Below are positions 16,349 through 24,330 of a stretch of DNA of 24,534 nt, in pieces. The position numbers were made by a program, and so were the translations under genes. Each line of letters begins with the position of its first letter. Positions within the stretch are counted from its first letter, which is position 1. Origin of the DNA: a virus (Duplodnaviria; Heunggongvirae; Uroviricota; Caudoviricetes); IMG/VR virus record IMGVR_UViG_2698536676_000006. The stretch is one strand, 5' to 3'. Under the pieces are notes generated by a model. The model saw only the letters and a list, made by a program, of their open reading frames with translations, made no database searches and was not told the origin of the DNA.

Positions 16349-16696
16349 ATGAAAGTAAAAAAGGTTCAACTATTAGTTACTTTTTTATCTATGTTTTCTT
16401 TTTCCGCCGTCGCAATGCCTTTTAAAACTATTGAACGTGAGAGTTTCAATGGGGTATGGCCATTTAATACTGATGAGGTTCAATTACAGTGTCTTGATGG
16501 TAATCCTTATGTGATGAATTTTGACGATAATAAGTTATATGCACTTACAGGTTTGGCTCGAATAAAAGGTAAAACATTTGGTGCGTTACCGTTAGATAAC
16601 AATAATCCATTTTGGCTAGATAATGATGCCGCCCCAGGGTTAAAAAAGAGCCTGGGGGATGTCACTAAGGCTGCATTTGATTTATGTGATAAGTAA
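16349..16696 (+). CDS. Cargo gene: small secreted protein with signal peptide and two Cys
   Basis: MKVKKVQLLVTFLSMFSFSAVA-MP signal-peptide-like N-terminus; GAGG Shine-Dalgarno; Cys in QCLDG and DLCDK. Possibly DUF2511-like; unverified. Confidence 0.65.
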   Translation: MKVKKVQLLVTFLSMFSFSAVAMPFKTIERESFNGVWPFNTDEVQLQCLDGNPYVMNFDDNKLYALTGLARIKGKTFGALPLDNNNPFWLDNDAAPGLKKSLGDVTKAAFDLCDK

Positions 16697-16701
16697 CTAA
16701 A

Positions 16702-17703
16702 ATGTCGGTTCGTAAGATTCCATCAGGTAAATGGCTTTGCGAATGTTATCCCTACGGGGCATCGGGAAAACGCATTCGTAAACAGTTTGCGACAAAAAGT
16801 GAGGCGCTCTCTTATGAGCGCCGTTTAATGAATAGTAGAGTTGGAGACGAGTTTCAAGATGGTTCTGGTCCTCGTCTTTCTGAGTTGATTGCTCGTTGGT
16901 TTGAGATGTACGGTAAAACCTTGTCCTCTGGTGCAGAGCGCAAAGTCAAACTTGAGGCGATTTGTTCCAGGCTGGGAGATCCATTTGCTTCTCAGTTTGA
17001 CAAAAATATGTTTGCCACTTATCGGGAAAGAAGGTTATCAGGAGAGTGGAATCCCAAGGGGAAGAAAAAACTTAGTGAAGCAACCGTTAATCGCGAGCAG
17101 TCATATCTACATGCTGTTTTTGCCGAACTGAAGCGCCTTGGGGAGTGGTCTGGTGAAAACCCCCTGACTGGTATTCGCAAGTTTCGTGAGGAAGAAAAGG
17201 AACTGGCGTTTCTGTATGTAGATGAGATTGAACGCCTTCTGATTGCGTGTGATGAGTCACGGAATAAAGATTTGGGGGTTGTTGTCCGTATTGGGCTTGC
17301 GACTGGTGCTCGGTGGAGTGAAGCAGAAGGGTTAAAGCAATCTCAAGTACTGCCCGGTCGAATCACATTTGTTAAAACTAAAGGAAAGAAGAACCGCACT
17401 GTACCGATTTCACCTCAATTGCAGGCTATGCTTCCCAAAAAACGAGGAGCGCTATTTTCACCATGTTATGAGGCTTTTGACGCTGCAATTAAGAGAGCGA
17501 AGATCGAGCTTCCTGATGGGCAATTAACTCATGTGCTACGTCACACGTTTGCCAGTCATTTTATGATGCGGGGCGGAAATATTCTTGTGTTGCAAAAAAT
17601 ACTGGGGCATAGCGATATAAAAATGACTATGCGTTATGCGCATTTTGCTCCAGGTCATTTAGAGGCTGCTGTTGAATTGAACCCTTTTGACAATAGAGGG
17701 TAA
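16702..17703 (+). CDS. int: P2-type tyrosine integrase
   Basis: 333 aa; TGARWSEAEGLK, ITFVKTKGKKNRTVPIS, HVLRHTFASHFMMRGGNILVLQKILGH, YAHFAPGHL align with P2 Int as I recall it. Confidence 0.9.
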   Translation: MSVRKIPSGKWLCECYPYGASGKRIRKQFATKSEALSYERRLMNSRVGDEFQDGSGPRLSELIARWFEMYGKTLSSGAERKVKLEAICSRLGDPFASQFDKNMFATYRERRLSGEWNPKGKKKLSEATVNREQSYLHAVFAELKRLGEWSGENPLTGIRKFREEEKELAFLYVDEIERLLIACDESRNKDLGVVVRIGLATGARWSEAEGLKQSQVLPGRITFVKTKGKKNRTVPISPQLQAMLPKKRGALFSPCYEAFDAAIKRAKIELPDGQLTHVLRHTFASHFMMRGGNILVLQKILGHSDIKMTMRYAHFAPGHLEAAVELNPFDNRG

Positions 17704-17809
17704 AAAGTGGCGATAAAAAGTGACAATAGATTCAAATGGCGTTGTATAGAGCCATTTTCAAAGTTAATAAAATCATAAGGTTATGATTTATAAATGGTGG
17801 TTGATAGTT

Positions 17810-17864
17810 TTTAAAATCCCTCGGCGTTCGCGCTGTGCGGGTTCAAGTCCCGCTCCGGGTACCA
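17810..17864 (+). tRNA. 3' fragment (about 55 nt, from the anticodon loop to CCA) of tRNA-Leu(UAA), leuZ-like; integration-site core, not a complete tRNA
   Basis: TTTAAAATCCCTCGGCGTTCGCGCTGTGCGGGTTCAAGTCCCGCTCCGGGTACCA: T-arm GCGGG-TTCAAGT-CCCGC, long variable arm, acceptor 3' strand plus ACCA; no 5' half upstream. Confidence 0.65.
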
Positions 17865-17905
17865 TGGGAAAGACAAGAATAATCAAAGCAATAAGCAGTG
17901 TCGTG

Positions 17906-17930
17906 AAACCACCTACGGGTGGTTTTTTTG
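17906..17930 (+). terminator. Rho-independent terminator (AAACCACC-tacg-GGTGGTTT plus T-run)
   Basis: Read directly from sequence. Confidence 0.6.
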
Positions 17931-17964
17931 TGCCTGAAATTCACGCCCTGTGCATATCCTGTGC

Positions 17965-18846
17965 TCACGGGGTGCAATGAGCCGCAATCTCCAGCCTGGC
18001 AATGCCGAATCGAACGTGTCGCCTCCAGCATAGAGAACCAGGCCGCTTTGCCTGTTTTCCGGTACTCTTCCGGGAAGGGTGGCCTGCTGAGCAAGTTGTA
18101 ATGCTCTGGCCGCCCTTAGTACAAAGTTGCTTAATTCGTGCAATCACCTCATCTCTGTACTTCTGGTGTCCGCGCATAGCCCTTGGATGGGCAATTCTGA
18201 AACAGATTGTATTACCTGTTTTGAACTCCCACAGCTTCCCCGGAATGACTGAAGAAGTCTCATAACCGCCCAGCTCAGTAAGCACCTGTTTAATGATGTA
18301 GTCTGTTCTCCGGGCTCCGGATGCAAAGATCATGAAATCAGGCTCAAGGTGTTTAATTTGTACCGCCAGCAGCTTCAGCGAGGCTAATATGACTTCCTGC
18401 ACTTCATTTTGAGGGCGATTGAGAGGGGTCAGTCCGTCGTAATCCCACGCCAGTAGATTGGCATACACGATAGCCTGAGGAGGAATATTAAGCTCCCGGG
18501 CCAGCCTGAAATGATATTGCGTGAAGCGGCTACGTGATTTGAGGTTGGTGGTGCCATCATTTTGTACCGGAAGATGTTTCCTGTAACGATCTACAGCTTC
18601 TTCAACCACCTGCCCGATGGTGACGTCAGGCATAAGTCCCAACACCCGTGATATCGTATTCTTACCATTCAGCGTATTCCAGCCTGCGGTTTCACGTCTA
18701 ACCAGCATGATTTTTACCGGTGAATGCCAGTATTCTTCAAACGGCACGGGTAAAAAGACGCCTGAGTATTTATCTTCATTCAGGTTAAATGACTGGGCGT
18801 CAACTTCCTGTAATATCCGTTTGTACGCGTCTAATAGCCTTTCCAT
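17965..18846 (-). CDS. Hypothetical protein (293 aa) between the tRNA fragment and the P4-type integrase; C-terminal 50 aa low-complexity, possibly non-native
   Basis: Long ORF, no family recognised; Cys/Arg/Ser-rich tail. Confidence 0.55.
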   Translation of the reverse strand: MERLLDAYKRILQEVDAQSFNLNEDKYSGVFLPVPFEEYWHSPVKIMLVRRETAGWNTLNGKNTISRVLGLMPDVTIGQVVEEAVDRYRKHLPVQNDGTTNLKSRSRFTQYHFRLARELNIPPQAIVYANLLAWDYDGLTPLNRPQNEVQEVILASLKLLAVQIKHLEPDFMIFASGARRTDYIIKQVLTELGGYETSSVIPGKLWEFKTGNTICFRIAHPRAMRGHQKYRDEVIARIKQLCTKGGQSITTCSAGHPSRKSTGKQAKRPGSLCWRRHVRFGIARLEIAAHCTP

Positions 18847-18926
18847 TCTTCAATCCTGCCCCGTAATAAAAACACCTTCAGATATATATTATTTTCATGA
18901 TATCAATCAGATATATGAGGATAAAT

Positions 18927-20126
18927 ATGCAAAAATCCTTCCGATTCACCAATTCATCCATCAAAGCCCTTCCGGCAAACACAGATACCCGATCTACAGA
19001 GCTTGAGGTATCCGATACTGAGGTCATTGGCCTCAAATGCCTCTCAGGTCGAACGGGTAACAAACGTTTCCTCCTGCGCTACACATTCCACGGTACCAAA
19101 AAAAGTATCAGTATTGGCAGATTCCCTGAAATTGATGTGGGGACAGCCCGTCAGATAGCTCGTCGTCACAAGGAGGCGATTGCACTGGGAAATGACCCTA
19201 AGGCAGAACGCGATAATTATCGTGCTATGCCAACGCTTAGTGAGTTTTTTCACCAGACCTATGTTCCGTTCATCAAACGCCATAAAAAGTCCTGGGATAA
19301 GGATGTTCAGCGTTTCACGCAATACATTGAACCTTGTCTGGGGAAGATACGTTACTGTGACCTTCGGGCCCGGGAAATCCAGCAGGTGCTTTTCGACATG
19401 CTTGAGGGTCGTATTCACGGGCAGCAATATGCGCCGTCTACCTGTAACAGAGCCCTTGCTATTCTGAAAACGATGGGGCGTTATGCGTTGCGACAGGATG
19501 TGCTGGAAAAGAATGAAGCCGATAAGATCCCTTTACTGAAAGAGAATAATCAGCGGACGCGCTTTTTTGATGCTGATGAGATCAGGCGCATTCTTGACGC
19601 TGCTACCCAATATCCCAACAAAGCTGCCGGGGGATTGATAGCCATGTTGTTGTTAACCGGTACACGCAAAACAGAAATGCTTAATGTCAGGCATGAACAT
19701 ATCGACCGGGCCAATCGTACTCTGTTCATTCCTTATACAAAAAATGGTCGCAGTCGGACGGTATATCTAAGCGATGCCGCATTATCGATTATTGATGCTA
19801 TCCCACGAGTTGGCAGTAATCCGTATCTGTTCGCCATTAAGGATAATGGCAAACCGATATCGGAACCCCGATGGGCATATGAAAAAATACTGGCACAGTG
19901 CGGTATAGACAAGAATGAAGTCTGTTTTCACACCACACGTCATTCTGTTGCCTCTTTACTGGTTTCGAGTGGTCAATTCAGCCTGTATGACGTTAAAGCC
20001 CAACTGGCGCATGCCAGTATTCAGAGTACAGAACGTTACGCGAAATTAACACCGGAACGTATGCGTCAGACAGGGCAGGGAGTGACTGACCTGCTTCTGA
20101 ATACTGCGGCTACGAAGCAGATGTGA
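18927..20126 (+). CDS. int: P4-family tyrosine integrase (genomic-island type)
   Basis: N-terminal arm-binding domain (...GLKCLSGRTGNKRFLLRYTFHGTKKSISIGRFPEIDVGTARQIARRHKEAIALGNDPKA) and catalytic region (...TRHSVASLL...ERYAKL); ATG at 18927 with GAGG Shine-Dalgarno preferred over tool start 18897. Confidence 0.85.
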   Translation: MQKSFRFTNSSIKALPANTDTRSTELEVSDTEVIGLKCLSGRTGNKRFLLRYTFHGTKKSISIGRFPEIDVGTARQIARRHKEAIALGNDPKAERDNYRAMPTLSEFFHQTYVPFIKRHKKSWDKDVQRFTQYIEPCLGKIRYCDLRAREIQQVLFDMLEGRIHGQQYAPSTCNRALAILKTMGRYALRQDVLEKNEADKIPLLKENNQRTRFFDADEIRRILDAATQYPNKAAGGLIAMLLLTGTRKTEMLNVRHEHIDRANRTLFIPYTKNGRSRTVYLSDAALSIIDAIPRVGSNPYLFAIKDNGKPISEPRWAYEKILAQCGIDKNEVCFHTTRHSVASLLVSSGQFSLYDVKAQLAHASIQSTERYAKLTPERMRQTGQGVTDLLLNTAATKQM

Positions 20127-20162
20127 CTACTTTTTAGCAAACTATAAATATGGAGAATGAGG

Positions 20163-20399
20163 ATGCATTTAAAATGCCCACAGTGTGGCAGTTGTAATAC
20201 ATTGATAAGTTCAGCAGGAAAACTGCCATCGATAACCGATAATAAACACTCTGGGTATATTAGCCTGGAGTTTTTACCTGAAATACTGAAAGAAATTATT
20301 AAGGCTATTAAAAAACTATTTGGATTCCTTGAACAGTGTGAAAGGAATAATGCTCCAGTGCTTATCTGTATGGACTGTGGATATTATGAAAGAATTTAA
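20163..20399 (+). CDS. Small zinc-ribbon protein (CPQCGSC ... CMDCGYYE)
   Basis: Two CxxC pairs about 60 residues apart; GGAG Shine-Dalgarno; has its own terminator. Confidence 0.6.
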   Translation: MHLKCPQCGSCNTLISSAGKLPSITDNKHSGYISLEFLPEILKEIIKAIKKLFGFLEQCERNNAPVLICMDCGYYERI

Positions 20400-20446
20400 A
20401 TAGAAAACCAATAACTGTAAATAATAGTTATGCGGATGTATAAAAA

Positions 20447-20476
20447 CCTCGATACGTTAATCGTATCGGGTTTTTT
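20447..20476 (+). terminator. Rho-independent terminator (CGATACG-ttaat-CGTATCG plus TTTTTT)
   Basis: Read directly from sequence. Confidence 0.6.
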
Positions 20477-20494
20477 GTTTATGAGGATTATTCA

Positions 20495-20866
20495 ATGAAA
20501 TTTGTCTCGAACTGGCAAGACCTGCCGTCGCTCCTTCTTCCGGAGTCAGTAATGAGTCTGTTGAAAACAGAGCTGGTACTCCCATTTGAAGATGAATACT
20601 CTGCAATGAGTTTCTGGGATGAAGTCGGGGTGACATTAATATATGTCGAGCCCGATGATGTACCTGAAGATATTAAAGCGCAGGTATTAAATGTGATTCA
20701 TCAGTTAATTGCAAATCCAGAATTTGTAGTCCGTCTGACAGATGACTATTACCTGATGCTTTCTGTTACGGAAGATAACGGGAACGGTATTTATCTGTTA
20801 TTTCACCCCGATTGCCCTCTGAAGGGTATTGATTTATTAATTTCTATGGCCGAATCACGCTATTAA
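20495..20866 (+). CDS. Operon gene 1: acidic 123-aa hypothetical protein
   Basis: GAGGA Shine-Dalgarno; Asp/Glu-rich; AT-rich codon usage. Confidence 0.65.
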   Translation: MKFVSNWQDLPSLLLPESVMSLLKTELVLPFEDEYSAMSFWDEVGVTLIYVEPDDVPEDIKAQVLNVIHQLIANPEFVVRLTDDYYLMLSVTEDNGNGIYLLFHPDCPLKGIDLLISMAESRY

Positions 20867-20891
20867 ACACAAGCAAAACCAGGAACGCAAA

Positions 20892-21425
20892 ATGAGTAAA
20901 TCAAAATTAGTTAAAAATAATGTTGAGTCAGTTTCGAAGGAGATTAAAAATGAGGCAGAGGTTATTCATGAAAATCTCAGTGCAGATGAACAAACATTAT
21001 CTGATGTAAAAGACTATCAGTTGCTCATTGAAACAGGCCAGGCAGAAAAAATCAGTCCTAAGGCAAGTGGTATGCTGACATGGCAACTGGCGATATCAGA
21101 GGTGGATAATGAACTTTATCTTCGTCTGGTGGCAAATGGCTGTGGAGGGTTGTTCTCTAAGGACTGGATCTCACTTTCAAAGATTGCAACTGTTCTGGAA
21201 ACACAACCTGCTACCGGCTTCTCATCCGGAGTATTCAGGCCGCTATTCAAAGGGGCAAGCGCCAACAATGCAGGTTTTCTGGCTGCTGTTTTACGCTCCC
21301 CGGATATATGTCTGCTGGAGGCACATCCAGAGAAGTTATTTACTCATGTATTATACCCGGACTGGAGGGAGCGGTTGAATAAACTTAATACGATCAGTAG
21401 CCAGGAAAAGATTACAGAGGATTAA
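20892..21425 (+). CDS. Operon gene 2: 177-aa hypothetical protein
   Basis: AGGAA Shine-Dalgarno; 25-bp gap from gene 1. Confidence 0.65.
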   Translation: MSKSKLVKNNVESVSKEIKNEAEVIHENLSADEQTLSDVKDYQLLIETGQAEKISPKASGMLTWQLAISEVDNELYLRLVANGCGGLFSKDWISLSKIATVLETQPATGFSSGVFRPLFKGASANNAGFLAAVLRSPDICLLEAHPEKLFTHVLYPDWRERLNKLNTISSQEKITED

Positions 21426-21497
21426 TTTATTTCCTGCACTGTTATACAACCAGAAATCACCACACACCACTATTTACTTTCTAAAGGAAAATTTATT

Positions 21498-21932
21498 ATG
21501 CAAACCCAATATGCCTTAAAACAGGCAGGATTAACTCTGCCTGTTACTAAAGAATTTCAGCAGCATATTACTACTCTTCTGGCAAATCAGGTTTTACAAA
21601 AAATAACTGAGGCAGTGGTTATTAATTTCCGTGATCCGGACTACAGTGCAGAATCCGGGGGCTTTCATCCCGTTGAAATACGGTTTATCCGTAAGAATAA
21701 TGAATGGTATTTTGATTATGTCACAGATTTTAGTTATATGGGGCGTGTCTACCCTGAGCTGGAAAAAGAAATTGATTTTTGCTGGTCGGGGAATTATGTC
21801 TTCCATTATCTGATTGGGGATATTTCACTGGCAGCAGAGAGGAATGAACTCTGGTCCCTGTGGGAGCGTAATTTTATGGAGTATCTCTCTATGGGGATTT
21901 ACCGGGTAACGGTAACTGTGGAAAGTTGTTGA
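21498..21932 (+). CDS. Operon gene 3: 144-aa hypothetical protein (Trp/Tyr/Phe-rich)
   Basis: AAAGGA Shine-Dalgarno; 72-bp gap with no terminator before it. Confidence 0.65.
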   Translation: MQTQYALKQAGLTLPVTKEFQQHITTLLANQVLQKITEAVVINFRDPDYSAESGGFHPVEIRFIRKNNEWYFDYVTDFSYMGRVYPELEKEIDFCWSGNYVFHYLIGDISLAAERNELWSLWERNFMEYLSMGIYRVTVTVESC

Positions 21933-22045
21933 CCCGTTATGAACAGGAAGAAAGCGGGCGGCTTTGTAATCTACTGCATGTGGCGTGCATCACAGCATGG
22001 AGATGATGTCTCTTTTTCCTAGCTGTTCGCATAAACAAGTGCAGA

Positions 22046-22076
22046 CACGGGGGATCTCAGATCCCTCGTGGTTTTT
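22046..22076 (+). terminator. Rho-independent terminator closing the three-gene operon (CACGGGGGATCT / AGATCCCTCGTG then GTTTTTG)
   Basis: Read directly from sequence. Confidence 0.55.
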
Positions 22077-22233
22077 GCCCCCTATGGAGCATTCTCCTGT
22101 AGCAGGGTGATAACGGTTAATCCATTACCCCAACTACAGTATTACACCGGTAATAAATGTTCATGAATACAGTTAGTTATGTGGGTTTTGAGGTGGGCTA
22201 TGTCATCGTTGACGATAACTGAAGGTTTTACAG

Positions 22234-22461
22234 ATGTATAAAACTCGCGGTGAAAGGATCGCAGAAAGGCTGTGCTGGATATTACTTCAACTGTATACCG
22301 GTAATACGGTATCGGTTAATGATATATGTCAGCGTTTCGCGGTCAGTCGCCGAACCGGACAGCGTGATTTGTTGAGAGTTGAAACTGTAACGGAAACTAT
22401 TTCACCTGGAAGGGTAAGGCTGGCAAGTTTGATAAGGGAACGAGTTAGACGAAATTTTTAA
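22234..22461 (+). CDS. Small HTH protein (75 aa) resembling the N-terminal DNA-binding domain of a WYL/DeoR-type regulator
   Basis: ERIAERLCWILLQLYTGNTVSVNDICQRFAVSRRTGQRDLLRVE parallels [40 protein letters not shown] of the WYL protein at 23423-24325. Confidence 0.5.
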   Translation: MYKTRGERIAERLCWILLQLYTGNTVSVNDICQRFAVSRRTGQRDLLRVETVTETISPGRVRLASLIRERVRRNF

Positions 22462-22496
22462 TCGAATCCATATCAATACTATAAAATATGAAAATT

Positions 22497-22522
22497 AACG
22501 GGAGTAAATATATACTCCCGTT
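22497..22522. terminator. Hairpin between convergent genes (AACGGGAGTA-N6-TACTCCCGTT), T-rich on both sides
   Basis: 10-bp perfect stem read directly. Confidence 0.5.
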
Positions 22523-22542
22523 ATAATGCAACCTTTTTTTAA

Positions 22543-23361
22543 CTACTCAAATGATATTAATTTAGGTGCGACAGTGTTTTTATGATGTGTTGAATTTGCA
22601 AGATTAATAATATCATGAAATGATTTCATGTCGTCGTCAGTGATTTCTAGGGCTGGATCAGCTAAATCGGCACAGGTAACATTTAACCAGTGTGTTAATG
22701 AATCAATCCTGTTTGAAGTAATATATTCAGTGTGACCAATATTCCACTTCCAGTTGATTATCCGAGCAGGTCTGAATCTCACCTCCCGAACCCCAATTGG
22801 CGTTACTGACTCTACGAGAGGGTATATCGTGTTAAGTACTTTATCATGTTCACTGTAGATATTTAAATGCCCCATTTTTGAACCGTAAGCCATTTTCATT
22901 ATGTTCTCTGTATAACTTGTTATTGGGGTGGCTCCGGCCATAGAGATTGTTAAGAGAATATTATCATTTTTAATATAGGGTAATGTATTGTTTATTAATC
23001 GAGTCCCTAAAGAATGACCCATTATGATCACATTACGCTTTTCTTTAACGTATATCTCGTTTATTACGTGTGCTAATTTTTCTCTGTTATTAACTGCTGC
23101 TTTCGTTGCATTATACCAGGCCTGACGCGCTTTAAATGGAATGGAGATTGATGACAATAAAGGAGATGTTCTCAGGGGGAAGAGAGTATATAACCCCCAC
23201 TTGTTCGCTATGTCAGAACTTAATATGGATAGTAGATTTGCCGATTCCCATTTATAGTATCTGACATCAAGGCCACACCCTGCTTTAATTCGGTTAAACC
23301 ATGATATATCATTTTCGGTCAGAAACCCTGATACAACAAGAAGAACCGGGCATTTTTTCAT
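22543..23361 (-). CDS. Alpha/beta-hydrolase-fold serine hydrolase (esterase/lipase-like), candidate effector
   Basis: 272 aa; IIMGHSLGTRL carries a G-x-S-x-G nucleophile elbow; GGAG Shine-Dalgarno; AT-rich. Confidence 0.7.
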   Translation of the reverse strand: MKKCPVLLVVSGFLTENDISWFNRIKAGCGLDVRYYKWESANLLSILSSDIANKWGLYTLFPLRTSPLLSSISIPFKARQAWYNATKAAVNNREKLAHVINEIYVKEKRNVIIMGHSLGTRLINNTLPYIKNDNILLTISMAGATPITSYTENIMKMAYGSKMGHLNIYSEHDKVLNTIYPLVESVTPIGVREVRFRPARIINWKWNIGHTEYITSNRIDSLTHWLNVTCADLADPALEITDDDMKSFHDIINLANSTHHKNTVAPKLISFE

Positions 23362-23422
23362 GGTAACTCCATTTTTTAGCTTACAAAAATAGCACTCAAT
23401 GAAAATTATATTATCCGTGTCA

Positions 23423-24325
23423 TTACGGGGCGTTACTTGGCTGGGTGTAACGTTTCAGTGCGGATTGTATATCTTCAGCAAGTTGTTGACGGATTGAGGC
23501 CGGTTGTATTACTTCGACATCCGGTATCCAGTATTTCATTAAAGGCATTATCTGATCTGTGTGTGTTACACGTGATATCACCAGTAAATCGCCAGACCGG
23601 GAAGTATGAATTATTTCCTGTCCTGGCAATAGATGACGGTGGGTAAACCACGGAGCAACATGTGCGGAAACTGAAATAAGAGCTTCGATAAGGTCTTCGC
23701 TATACCAGATACCATCTGTCTTTTCTATTTTTTCATTAATTTCGGGGATTATCCTGAAAGAGATATTACTCATGCAAACGTCTTTGACAGATGAGATAAC
23801 AAAGCTTTTTAATGTACTGTCATGGGCGGCAGCGAGATACCACAATCCGTTGTCATTAACCAGTCTGTATGGCTCAACAGCCCGAAACTCTTTATCTTTG
23901 TAATTAAAATTTACTTTCTTCTGTGACAGGATGGCATCGGATAATACATTCAGAATTGACATGAATGATCCGCAGTTTTCGTATGGACGTTGTTTTATCA
24001 GAAACGGGTTGTTTTTCGTGTTACCTAACAAAATACTCAGTAGTCTGTCATCCCAGCGAGGGAACAGCCCTTCAATACCCAGGATGCGCGTGAAATGACG
24101 TAAATCAGCATTGCTGCGTTGACCGAGAACACCGTCAGACAGGCGATAGCGACCATTTTGTCGAATCAGATTAAGATAGGACAGGCGCTGAGTAAGATCA
24201 CGACGGATAGTTTTTTCGCAAACGTTAAATTCCTCAGATAACTCCCGGACGGCTAGTGACTCACCATTGTTCAGGCGAGTTAATATCAATCCGAGTCGAT
24301 ATCCAAGTTTATCGTGCTTACCCAT
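23423..24325 (-). CDS. WYL-domain transcriptional regulator (HTH-WYL architecture, BrxR/CapW-like)
   Basis: 300 aa; N-terminal HTH ([35 protein letters not shown]), central LWYL motif ([12 protein letters not shown]); ATG lies 5 bp from the IS1 end. Confidence 0.75.
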   Translation of the reverse strand: MGKHDKLGYRLGLILTRLNNGESLAVRELSEEFNVCEKTIRRDLTQRLSYLNLIRQNGRYRLSDGVLGQRSNADLRHFTRILGIEGLFPRWDDRLLSILLGNTKNNPFLIKQRPYENCGSFMSILNVLSDAILSQKKVNFNYKDKEFRAVEPYRLVNDNGLWYLAAAHDSTLKSFVISSVKDVCMSNISFRIIPEINEKIEKTDGIWYSEDLIEALISVSAHVAPWFTHRHLLPGQEIIHTSRSGDLLVISRVTHTDQIMPLMKYWIPDVEVIQPASIRQQLAEDIQSALKRYTQPSNAP

Positions 24326-24330
24326 TCATT

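Noticed and set aside
18617-19006. 129-aa plus-strand ORF
   Set aside because: Overlaps the 5' end of the 293-aa gene on the opposite strand and the integrase start region; no support.
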